Shown: positions 40,338 to 51,373 of the stretch, piece after piece
How the letters are laid out: each line of letters opens with the position of its first letter
How positions within the stretch are numbered: the stretch's first letter is position 1
Assembly: GCF_006345805.1 (NCBI RefSeq)
Contig: NC_042997.1
Coordinates: 92,628,001 to 92,692,000, forward strand
Source: Octopus sinensis
Lineage: Eukaryota
DNA length: 64,000 nucleotides
Reading direction: 5' to 3'
Notes under the pieces: model-generated
What the model was told of the DNA's origin: nothing
The model's database searches: none
The model's input: only the letters and a program-made list of their open reading frames with translations
Made by a program: the position numbers and the translations under genes

Positions 40338-40485
40338 CGACGGGCTTCTTTCAGCTTCTGTCTACCAATTCCTCTCACTAGACTTTGGTTGGCCCAAGCC
40401 TATAGTAGAAGACACTTGCCCAAAGTGTCACACAGTGGGTCTGAACCCGGAACCATGTGGTTGGGAAGGAAGCTTACCACACAGA
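39745..40485. mobile_element. Two SINE-B copies tail-to-tail: (+) 39745-40047 and (-) 40053-40485
   Basis: The tails meet at a 22-bp perfect inverted repeat, 40026-47 and 40061-82. Confidence 0.85.
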
Positions 40486-40867
40486 ACCGAAAGAATCCAG
40501 TTGTATGAACGCGTGTGTTGCTTTGTATTCGTGTCTGCGTTTATTTTTCCACCGCATGGCAACCGGTGTTGGTTTGCCCCCGCCGATAGAATAAATACCA
40601 GACTTTAAAAATAAAAGAAAAATAAGCCCTAAGAGTCGATTTTTTTCGGCTATATCCTCCAGGGATTTTTCAACTAAGTCCTCCAAGGATTTCTTCGACT
40701 AAATCCCCAGTATGGCCGCAGTCCAATAACTGAAACAAGTGAAAAATAAAAGAAGATACAGCAATCGTTACAGTTTGTCACGCTTTCCTTATACACCTTC
40801 TGGCGTGAAATAATGTGTGTAATTTTCAAATATTTTTATTTTAATAAATCTCGTAGATTATAAAATC

Positions 40868-41062
40868 CTTTCTACTATAGGCGCTGGGCATGAATTTTGT
40901 GGGGAGAGGGTTAGTCGATTGTATCAACCCCAGTTCTCGACTGATACTTATTTTATCGTCCTCGGAAGGAAAGTCGATCTCGGCAGAATTTTAACCAAGA
41001 ACGTGAAGAATCAGAAGAAATACCACTAAGCACTCCGGCGTGTTAACAAAATCTGCCAGCTC
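40868..41062 (-). mobile_element. SINE-A
   Basis: Diverged body and head. Confidence 0.75.
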
Positions 41063-41830
41063 GTAGACTATATAATAATGTACGATCTGGCTTAAGATAT
41101 CTTATCGTTGACATCACTACTAGTGAAAGTAGATGATGGATACTTTATACTTTTGGACTACGAGAATATTGAAGCGAATACCTTTTCCCGTAGTTCGGTT
41201 ATTTGGTCGAAAAACCAGACTGTACTGGCTACAAATATTTTTCCTTTAAAGCCTATCGTATATTTATTTCATGTCAGAGAATAAAGGCTAAAATATATAT
41301 TTTGAGAGGTCAGCAAAAGATATAACATAAAGAAATGGGATATAGTACAATAGACTGGCAATAAGGATAGTCATGTACCTCAAAAGTTGACTGGAAAGGT
41401 CGGTAAAAGAAGTGGTATCGTGAGTGATAGCTATAAATGTTATCAGCATAACGGAAAACATCTCTGCAATTATCGGTTGCTGTGGTATCTGTACCCAGTA
41501 ACCCAGACTTAGCACATAGCAGTGTTAATGGGTCTAACGAAGTTCCTGATTTTGGTAACAAAACTGCACAAACAAGTGAACTAATAAGCTAATTCATCTT
41601 CCATTGAAATAGTCACACGCTGAGAAAGTATTATTTCAGTAAACGCTAGTTCATCTGCTGTCGAAGCAATCACACAGTGGAAGAATTAGCCGTAAGCCAT
41701 GTTACCTAACAACAAGCGATCACTGTTAGATGCTAACCTAAAATTTTCTGCATTGTTTACATTGTAATGTTTTTGGAATCTAGAAAGGCTATGATGTAAT
41801 ACAGACTCTGGTTATCCAAATATACATACA

Positions 41831-41906
<76 letters not shown>

Positions 41907-42051
41907 GCGTGGAAGGTGTTTATAAGCCATTTAAGAAACACACAAAAGCCGTTCGATTCACTTCAACATTTAAGTTTAATTTGTCAAAAAAAAAATATAT
42001 ATATATATATGGAGAGTATTGTAGTTCGCTTGAAGCATTGTGTACTGTTTG

Positions 42052-42302
42052 TAAAGAATTAAAAGTTTTGAATGGTACGACAATGCACTATAATACAGAC
42101 AATGGGCTATATACCTGTTGTAATTTAGCTATCCATAGTGTAACTAGAAAACCGACTATAGCAGTAACTCCATCTAAGAATATCTGAAGAAGGAATATTA
42201 TTCCGAGATATCATATCAGACTATGGATGATTAAATTACAACAGGTATATAGCCCATTGTCTGTATTATAATGCATTGTTGTACCATTCAAAACTTTTTA
42301 TT

Positions 42303-42307
<5 letters not shown>
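42052..42307. repeat. 88-bp fold-back inverted repeat with 80-nt loop
   Basis: Arms 42052-42139 and 42220-42307; 82/88 Watson-Crick pairs, and 3 of the other 6 are G-U on the + transcript. Confidence 0.95.
42180..42216 (+). ncRNA. Penelope-type minimal type-I hammerhead ribozyme motif (A14>G variant)
   Basis: atat-CTGAAGA-a-GGAAT/att/ATTCC-GAGA-ta-TC|atat. Stem I atat/atat, core CUGAAGA, stem II, GAGA in place of GAAA, palindromic AUAU stem III, predicted cleavage after C42212. Confidence 0.65.
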
Positions 42308-42346
<39 letters not shown>

Positions 42347-43322
42347 CTACATACATACATACATACATACATACATACATACATACATACATACAGTAAT
42401 ACCTCACACTTCACGAGGGCCCGCTTTACAAGACCTCAGATTTATGAGTTTTATATTATGATAAATATAAAATGGTTAAACCGCCATTTTGTGTGTGGCA
42501 ACACTAGTTCTGACGCGTCTACACAGCTGCATTTACACTATTATTTTCGGCATTTTTAAAACCCACCCAATATATGTAAACGAAAGTTTACATATAGCAA
42601 TGGATCGAGGCGTGATCTCTCTCGTTGAGAGAAACTTTACATCATTCACCATCTCGAATTCTAAATAAGAAGGAACGAATTTCGACTAATGACATATGCC
42701 TACATTATTTTTCAGGAATCTCAAAACGCAATGATAATCATTTCCACCATTAACAATGATTTTTCCCTCAAGAAAAAGACAGGCTTATTGCCAGGATATT
42801 AATTATGCAAATTACCTTGGTCATACGTATGTTCTACTCTTTGTATATATGTCTGGCTCTTTGACAACTAGGGATAAATTTGGACAGTTATCGTCAGGAT
42901 GATACCTGTTAAGACAGAAACACGTGTCCACAACTGTCCTCATATCTCCAGGAAATAAACCTGTTCTTTCCTTAATGTCATGTCAGCTTTGGAGATTTAT
43001 TGATCCACGACATCCTCTTCCCTTCGTATACGGAACTGGTCTTAATTGCCGTTTAGTGATTATGATACATTCTCTAGAGGTAGAACTATTATTGAATGAT
43101 ATTTGACATACCTACATTTGTCTTATGTTTTTCAAATACATGCCACTGGCCACTCTGAGCTTATTTTGTGTGCGTGTGTGTATGTGCGTGTGTGTGTGCG
43201 TGGTGTGTGTGTGCGCGCGCGCGAGTGAAAATGATGAGTATTGTACACATTACAAGTTTTACTTTGTGATAACTGAAATAAATCAACGCGTATTTCTTAT
43301 ACAACTTTGCCAACATTTTTAG

Positions 43323-43460
43323 TTGCAGGAATCCGCTGTGTTCAGTGCAGTTCTCTGAAGAATCCTCACTGTGTATCGGGTAAAGTTCCACCTAGTCAAT
43401 GTACATCGATAGACTCTGGTGCAAACTTCTGCGTCAGGTACATCGGGAAGTTAGAAACAG
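43323..43460 (+). CDS. Second coding exon: N-terminal half of a Ly6/uPAR (three-finger) domain
   Basis: Acceptor acatttttag (43321-22), phase 1. Encodes (V)AG-IRCVQCSSLKNPHCVSGKVPPSQCTSIDSGANFCVRYIGKLET, then donor G|gtaaag (phase 1). CxxC plus three more Cys in LU spacing; splices in frame to the 33236 exon, giving a VAG|IRC signal-cleavage site. Confidence 0.8.
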
Positions 43461-43904
43461 GTAAAGTCATATTCTTTTCTATCGTTATTTACAAAAGTTT
43501 GACCAATTAACTAATATGCATCTATAACATTCCTTGCAGTACATACTTTCATGTATAAATTTCTCAAACGTTTCTCATTGAAAACAAATATATTATGTCG
43601 TTGGATGCAGCGGGTTAAATGGCAGAAATCCTACCGAGATTAACTTTACAATTATCCAATTGACATCAATAAATATAATGCAGCTATGGGTGCGTAGTTA
43701 AGAAACTCATACTTCTTAGTTGGATCCCACATTTATATTTAATTAAAATTACTTTATTAAATATAAATTTAGTTAAAACTAATTCGGCGTACGTATTTAA
43801 GCATGGTGGATGCTTTTCAATATATGTTGTCACCTTAGTTCAAATATTTCCACACAACTTTGATAGAAGGGAAATATGTTAAAATTTATTGCTAATTCCA
43901 ACAA

Positions 43905-43952
<48 letters not shown>

Positions 43953-44369
43953 TTATAGGAATTTACAAGTGTGTATGTATGTATGTATGTATGTATGTAT
44001 GTATGCTCACTGGGATACATTTGTCTGCTGTTAGGAAACTGCATTTGCTCTTCATGAAATGTCATGCGTTTTTAGAAGGCCATTTCTGTTTGCCTGGTTT
44101 AATTTGTTCAACATCTTGAATTGGGTATTAAATGTTGTTTCAATTAATCAATTCTATTTCCATTTAATGAATTTTAATTTCGTACGTATTATTCCTACTA
44201 TTAATCGCAGAAAATGAATATTTCACTTATCTCTCTTGCTAATGTCAACAACAATCCGTTATTACTTTCAGCTTTACCATTAGCTTCTGTTATGTGATTA
44301 TTGTAACGCTAACAGCAAATAGCTATGAAGTAAAATAAATTTGAGATTATTTTTTTTTAAATCATGATT

Positions 44370-44401
44370 GTCAGGAAGGCCGAATGGTCTAAGGTGCCAG
44401 A
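44370..44401 (+). pseudogene. tRNA-Leu 5'-half fragment
   Basis: gtcaggaaggccgaatggtctaaggtgccaga is 29/32 identical to the conserved metazoan tRNA-Leu(CAA) 5' end GTCAGGATGGCCGAGTGGTCTAAGGCGCCAGA (recalled sequence); the match stops at the anticodon loop. Confidence 0.65.
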
Positions 44402-44499
44402 TCCTTAAAAAGAAAGACACCACTTGATTACATCAACATCACATTTCATCCATAAAATTTAATCAAAGATTTCAGTGCATTTTTCTCGTGTGTGTGTGC

Positions 44500-44531
<32 letters not shown>

Positions 44532-44871
44532 GTGTGCGCGCGCGTGTGTGTGTGCGTGTGCATGTGTGTGCTCATGTCTGTCTATCTATTTGTATGTATT
44601 TATGTATGTATGTATGTATACGGAACTGGTTTTAATGTATGTATATAATTATGAATACATGTTTGCCTGCAAAGTGTTCAAGCTGGTCGCTAACAAAGCG
44701 ACAAGACCTTTTAACTTGGGAGAGCTCCTAGTGTTTGTTAAAATATAGTTGAGTTGATGTGTTGGTTGAGCTGTGGATTCAGACACCCAAGTGTGTGCAT
44801 CAATTCATCTAAAGAATCTCAAATTGAGAGTCTTTGTACCGCTAATAAATTGGATTTATTCTTTTTTCTTT

Positions 44872-45069
44872 TTATTTTTTTCAGTCATTTGACTGTGGCC
44901 ATTCTAGAGCACCGCCTTTAGTCGAGCAAATCGACCCCAGGACTTATTTTTGTAACCCTAGTACTTATTCTATCGGTCTCTTTTGCCGAACCGCTAAGTT
45001 ACGGGGACGTAAACACACCACCATCGGTTGTCAAGTGACGTTGGGGGACAAACACAGACACACAAACGT

Positions 45070-45111
<42 letters not shown>

Positions 45112-45272
45112 GACGGGCTTCTTTCAGTTTCCGTCTACCAAATCCACTCACAAGGCTTTAGACAGCCCGAGGCTAAAGAAGAAGACACTTGCCCAAGGTG
45201 CCACGCAGTGGGACTGAACCCGGAACTATGTGGTTGGTAAGCAGGCTACTTACCACACAGCCACTCCTGCGC
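44872..45272 (-). mobile_element. SINE-B, best-preserved copy
   Basis: Head gcaggagtggctgtgtggtaag...gttcagtccc, cccgtcg(TA)n centre, tail ggcggtgctc...gtcaaatgactgaaa. Confidence 0.9.
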
Positions 45273-45649
45273 CTGGAGAAGACGCGTTAATTTCTTTTGC
45301 TCTTTCCTCGAAGAAACTAGTATTTCTAAGATTTTGTGTAAATTTGTAGGTACATAGCCTGATGCACCTATGATGATTGATGCAAGTGTGAGTTCCGCGT
45401 TGATTCATCATAAATGTTCCCTTTTTTCCTGGACTTTTGATGGTACATTCACATACCCTGGGTAGCTAACCTCTACAACAGTAGCTGAGTTTAGTTGCCT
45501 GTCCGCAGATCAATATCAAGTCTGTTATGTTTTCACCGAATTTCTGTTTATAAGAGTGTCCTACTGTTATTCCTTATTTTCAAAGGTGTGAATACATGGT
45601 TCTAACATGCCTTTGATATATATACGTCAGGACAATCCTTCCAGTGAAT

Positions 45650-45865
45650 TTGTATGTATGTATGTATGTATGTATGTATGTATGTATGTATGTATGTATG
45701 TATGTATGTATGCATGCATGCATGTATGTATGCATGTATGTATGCATGTATGTATGTATGCATGTATGTATGTATGTATGCATGCATGCATGCATGCATG
45801 TCTGTCTATCTGTATGTATGCATGCATGCATGACTGTATGTATGTATGTATGTATGTATGTATGT
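45650..45865. repeat. (TATG)n array with interspersed TGCA variants
   Basis: Direct reading. Confidence 0.95.
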
Positions 45866-45877
45866 ATACTTATAGTC

Positions 45878-46036
45878 ACAGGCGTGGCTGTGTGGTCAAA
45901 AAACTTGCTTCCCAACCATGTGGTCTTGAGTTCAGTTCTATTGCACATCTCTCTGGGAAAGTGTCTTCTACTATTTGAGTCGGGGCGACCAGGGCTCTCT
46001 TAGTGGACTTGGTTGACGGAAACTCAAAGAAACTCG

Positions 46037-46070
<34 letters not shown>

Positions 46071-46245
46071 ATCAATTTGTGTGTATTTTTGTGTTAGTGT
46101 TTATTTCCACCACAGCTTGACAAAAGGTTTTGGTTGGCTCGAGATTATAGTAGAAGATACTAGCCCAAGGTGCCGCTCAAAGGGAATGAACCCGGAACCA
46201 TGTGGCTGGGGAGCAAGCTTCTTACCACACAGTCATGCTTTAGCC
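45878..46245. mobile_element. SINE-B head and centre (+) fused to a SINE-B head (-)
   Basis: The (+) copy breaks off at cttgacaa and continues into the reverse-complement head. Confidence 0.7.
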
Positions 46246-46328
46246 TGTAAGATACATATGTGCGTGCATGTGTGTGTATTCATATATAAATACACATACA
46301 TGCACGCGCGCGCCCGCACACAGACAAA

Positions 46329-46368
<40 letters not shown>

Positions 46369-46977
46369 CACTTATATATAAAGCTGGCAGAGGAGAAAAA
46401 GTGGTTCCATTTAACCTTTTTCATGAATTCTGATATTGGTGGATGGAAGGGAGGAAGTGATCTTTAGTGGTACACCTGGCCTGAATGTTTGCAACACAAT
46501 GAACTCTGCCGAATGCTCCTAAGAGCCAGATGGCGATGTTAAGCCGCGCGTTAATGAGATAAGAGATGGTGCGTAGTTACGAAATCTATGCGTCTGCTGT
46601 ATGTATGTAAACAGTCGTTTATTGATGTGTAAATTTATTAAATACATCAATGACGTTTTCTTGAAAAAAAAAAAAAAAAAAGAAAAACCATGAAAAAATA
46701 TTTTTATATATGGATTATATATGTTTTTTTTTTTAAATATACTAGAATAAGTAATGTTAAGAGTAAGCTACTCGAATATTATTATGATTTTTTTGAGACG
46801 ACATTTTATTTTCAAATATGTTATTTCAAGATGCTGCTTGTGATATATCTATATGGAATTTTAATACTATTTGCCTTTCAATGATTTAGTATAAAATTTT
46901 CATATGAGATTTTTAAAGACTATATAAACAACCTAGTAGAAGTAGCGAATGGTAATATATAAATATATGTATATATA

Positions 46978-47228
46978 TATTGAACATTTATGGTGCATTT
47001 TAGAAAAACAAGTAAGGAGTCGATATCCTCCTCTATCATCACTACAAGAACTGAAGACTGTCTTAGCTGAAGAATGGACAAAAATTCCTTTGGAAACAAT
47101 TCAAACTTTGTACCAGTCCATACCTCGTAGAATTCAAGCTGTAATTACTGGCAAAGGCGGTCCTACCGCATATTAAAATGAATTTGTTTGAAATTTTAAA
47201 TTATTTCCATTATTGTGTCCAACCCCTG
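46978..47228 (+). mobile_element. Tc1 (DD34E) transposon 3' end
   Basis: IEHLWCILEKQVR...LQELKTVLAEEWTKIP...LYQSIPRRIQAVITGKGGPTAY*, then TIR ...tgtccaacccctg|ta. Confidence 0.9.
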
Positions 47229-47237
47229 TATATATAC

Positions 47238-47392
47238 AGCGGACTACTTTCAGTTTCCGTCTGCAAATCCACTCACAAAGCTTTGGTCAAGGTGCCACGC
47301 AGTGGGTCTGAACCCAGAACAATGTGGTTGATAAGCAAGCTACTTAGTACACAACCATGTGGTTGGTAAGCAAGCTACTTGCCACACAGCCA
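47238..47392 (-). mobile_element. SINE-B head remnant
   Basis: cagtttccgtctgcaaatccactcacaaag...; duplicated atgtggttg.taagcaagctact. Confidence 0.7.
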
Positions 47393-47546
47393 TATATATA
47401 TTCTGTAAATAATAATTATAAGCCTTATGTTGGCTATAGAAAATAGTCTCATAATCCATAGCCAATACACGGTGAACGCTTACAGTCTTAAAGCATATAA
47501 TCATTATTTACAGAATGTTCAGTTGTCACCGTTTCTTAGCGCAGAA

Positions 47547-49430
47547 CATATATCATCATCATTTCATCATCGTCGTTTAACGTCCGCTTTCCATGCTAGT
47601 ATGGGTTGGACGGTTTGACTGAGGGTTGGCAAGTCAGAAACTGCACCAGGATCTAATCTGAACTGGCAAAGTTTTTACAGCTGGATGCCCTTCCTAGTGC
47701 CAACCATTCCGAGAGTGTAGTGTGTGCTTTTTACGTGCCACCGGCACGAGGGCCAGTCAGACAGTACTGGCAACGACCACGATCGAATGATGTTTTTTAC
47801 GTGCCACAGGCACGGGACTAGTCAGGCAGCACTGATATCGACCATGCTCGAATGGTGCTTTTTGCGTTCCACCGGCACGGGTGCCAATCAGGCGGTATTG
47901 TCATCAATCACGACAATGACTTCACTTGAATCAACAGGTCTTCGCAAGCGCAGTTTATTGCCCAATTATTGAAGGGTACTCTTAAATGGGCCGGTTACGG
48001 TTTCACTTGGCTTGCCGGGTCTTCTCAAGCACAGCATATCTCCTAAGTCGCTTGTCCTCACCTCCGTGAGGCCCAACGTTCGAAGGTCGTGCTTCACCAC
48101 CTCATCCCTGGTCTTCCTGGATCTACCTCTTCCACAGGTTCCCTCTGCTGCTAGGGTGTGACACTTTTTCACACAGTTGTCCTCATCCATACGCAACACA
48201 TGACCATACTAGCGCAGTCGTCTCACTTGCACACCACACCTGGTGCTTCTTATGTCCAAATTTCTCTCAGGGCGCTTCCTTTTTTGCAAGCTTACGCATT
48301 TCCTCAGCATGTTTCATTGTCATGTAGCATCGCTGTTTGCACACATGCGTCATACAGTCTACCTTTTACTCTGAGCGAGAGGCCCTTTGTCACTAGCAGA
48401 GGTAGGAACTCTCTGAACTTTGCCCAGGCTAATCTTATTCTAGCAGCTACACTCTCAGAGCATTCACTCCCACTACTGACTTGGTCACCTAGGTAACGGA
48501 AGCTATCAACTACTAGTTTTTCCCCATGGCATGTGACGGAACCTGTTTTCTGCACATTTTCAGTGTCTATAGCACCTGAGTATTTACCACACACAAAACT
48601 ATCTTCCCAGTTAGCCTTCCTTTGATATTACTGCACCTCTTATGTGCCCATAGCTTACACCGGGTACATCTTATGGAGTTTCTACCTACGCCTTTTCTAC
48701 AAATCGAGCAGGGCCACCTACCTGAAGGGATTTGTGATTTGTCTGTCTTCCTACTTATTAAGACTTTGGTTTTGCTAGATTGACTCTAAGGCCCTTCGAT
48801 TGTAGACCTTGCTTCCATACCGAGATAATGGTTGCCAATCCATGTTGCAGCACTAATCTTATCTTAAATATGTTATCACAGACTCTGATTACCTCGATTA
48901 CCTTATCAACCCATTTCTTCGCAAGAAGTATACCCACGCCTCCGATCTCGTCAGTGTTCCCTGTCCAGAAAATCTTATACCTATGTTCTTTGCCTGTGAG
49001 GAACCTGTCAGAACTTCTTCTTCACCTTACTTCTTGGATGCAGCACAAATCTACACGTCTCCGTTCAAGCATCTCAACAATCTCACCAGACCTACCTTTT
49101 AGTGTTCCAACATTAAATGTGCCAACATTAAGTATGCCAACTCTGAAGATGTGGGAGGTGTAGGCCAGCGAGACCCTGGGATGGAGAACAGCAGTGTCAT
49201 GTACCTGAAAAGAAAGCTCGCATTTAGCAGAACTTATAAACATACAATAGCCTTCAACCTGCATACACTACACCATCATTTTTATGTGCTACATAATCAC
49301 TACATTACATAGGAGATAAACCCTAAGTAGGGGTGGGGGAACATTAAGCCTTTGGAGGTGTTCATGGGAGAGACATCCGATAGAGGCCAGTGGATAGAGA
49401 CTTCCGGTAGAGGTTGTGGGGGTGGGAAGG
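47547..49430 (-). mobile_element. Internally deleted RTE-clade LINE (EN N-terminus fused in frame to post-RT region)
   Basis: LNVGTLKGRSGEIVEMLERRRVDLCCIQEVR...GVGILL...ATIISV|WKQGLQSKGLRVNL...CSIC...CTRC...HKRC...FRYLGD...RIRLAWAKFRE...LRMDEDNCVK...GRGRSRKT; long 3' UTR and (ATG)n tail at about 47547; RT core absent. Confidence 0.9.
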
Positions 49431-49659
49431 ACGCACGGCGAAACAGTAAAAAATTCAAGCTGCCAGTGTGAGAAAATATTAATGATAATAATGAGATAGA
49501 ATTGGGTATTTGAATTCTTAACTTGAGCTATATAACCAACAGTTTTCGGTCAGCCAAACTGTGACAAAATTAGATAGATGAATGAATAAATGACAATAAT
49601 AAATAAGTATGAAAGAGAGGGAGAAAGAGGGAGAGTTGGGTTGAGCTAAGGGATCATAA

Positions 49660-49780
<121 letters not shown>

Positions 49781-49895
49781 TGTCTGTCTGTCTGTGTGTG
49801 TGTGTACATACATTTATGTATGCACCTTTTAAGGTGGTGCTCCAACATGGCTGCAGTCAAAAGACTGAAACAAGTAAAAGAATAAAAGAATATAG

Positions 49896-49938
49896 TTGTA
49901 GTAGTAGTAATAGCAGCAGCAGCAGCAGCAGCAGTAGC

Positions 49939-49990
<52 letters not shown>
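49896..49990. repeat. (AGT)n/(AGC)n array
   Basis: Direct reading; also (AAT)n at 51305-51371 and (TTC)n at 55772-55851 and about 60230-60340. Confidence 0.95.
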
Positions 49991-50638
49991 ACAAACAAAA
50001 GAAATAATATAGTACTCAATACTATAAATCAAAGTGTTAATTTAATTTGTTCGGCTGAAATCATCACTGATAATTACTGGTAATAATTTATTTGCATGAA
50101 AATCACATTATTCTTTCAATATGGTGGATTTTCATGTATGTATGTGTTTCTGTATGGGCATGTATGTGTGAGAAATAGTTCAACGGATTGTATTACATTT
50201 TGGAGTGATCCAAAACGGTTCTGAAAAATTCACCAAGAAAATTGTTTTGTTATTATTGTTGTAGCAGTTTTATTTTATTTTATTTATTTATTTTTTTTTT
50301 GTGTAGTAGCTACTGCTAGTTAGTTCTACAAGTACTTTTGCTGATATAGCTTCAGAATAGAGTTTCTAGCCGTACTTATATGGCTATAAGTACAACCAAA
50401 ACTATTAGAGCCAGTTATAGAAATAGTGTTAAGCAGAAAAAAATATTCTCAGTAGTAATTAAGATAATGGAGTGACAGAATCGGTAGATTCTCGGACAAA
50501 ATATTATGTTTTATTTGTCCCTTTACAATCTCACTTCAAATCCCACCGCAGTCAACTGTGTCTTTCATCACCGTTGAGTCGATAAAATAAAGTACCGGTA
50601 CAGTACTGGTTGTTGATATAATTGAACGAAGCCTTTTT

Positions 50639-51059
50639 GGATCTTTTCGGTTTGAACGGCATTTTTTTCAAATAATTTCCACGTAACTAAACACTTTTAA
50701 ACTTCGTATACTGGTAGAATGTGTTTATAAAACATCTTTTTCTCTTGGCTTTATTGAGAAAATTCTATAGTTTGTAAGATATTTGTTGTTTCTTTTTCTT
50801 CAATGTCTGCAATTTCAACCAGTCAATGACGTCTATTGAGGTGAAAACATTCTGTGCCGTATGAATATGTCCCTCGTTTAAGAAACAGATAGGGTTTATT
50901 TATATTTCTGAAGAAAAAATACCCTTCCTCCCACCCCTAACCCTAACCCTAACCCTAAAACAGATTGAAATGCAATAGATCGATACTAGGGTCATAATTA
51001 TGGGTGACAATTTCATATGACACCGCTAGAAAAAACTGCCGTTCAAACCGAAAAGATCC
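50639..51059. mobile_element. MITE with GG termini, 31-bp TIR and 8-bp TSD; carries (CCCTAA)4
   Basis: TIR ggatcttttcggtttgaacggca(t/g)ttttttc (1 mismatch); flanks gccttttt and gctttttt (7/8); ccctaa x4 at 50935-58; inserted at the end of a decayed SINE-A (about 50470-50630). Confidence 0.85.
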
Positions 51060-51304
51060 GCTTTTTTCATATTTCTGGCCTTTTGCCTACATAACAAACC
51101 TCTATTTAATCTTCTTAGTGCTAATGTCCTCGAAAAATTCTCGGGCGCCGCAATCTCTTATACTTCTCTCCCTAAAAAAAAAAGGGGGGAGTTCAAGCGA
51201 CCAAGCCTGCTCATAAAATCAGTATTCAAACTATTCACGTGATTCCTAAACGTCATGATTCAAAGCAATTGATAAATATCGATGTTTTTCTAGTTACTCA
51301 TCTC

Positions 51305-51373
<69 letters not shown>

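Noticed and set aside
50935-50958. (CCCTAA)4 as a telomere or fusion scar
   Set aside because: Only four units, inside a TIR-bounded MITE.
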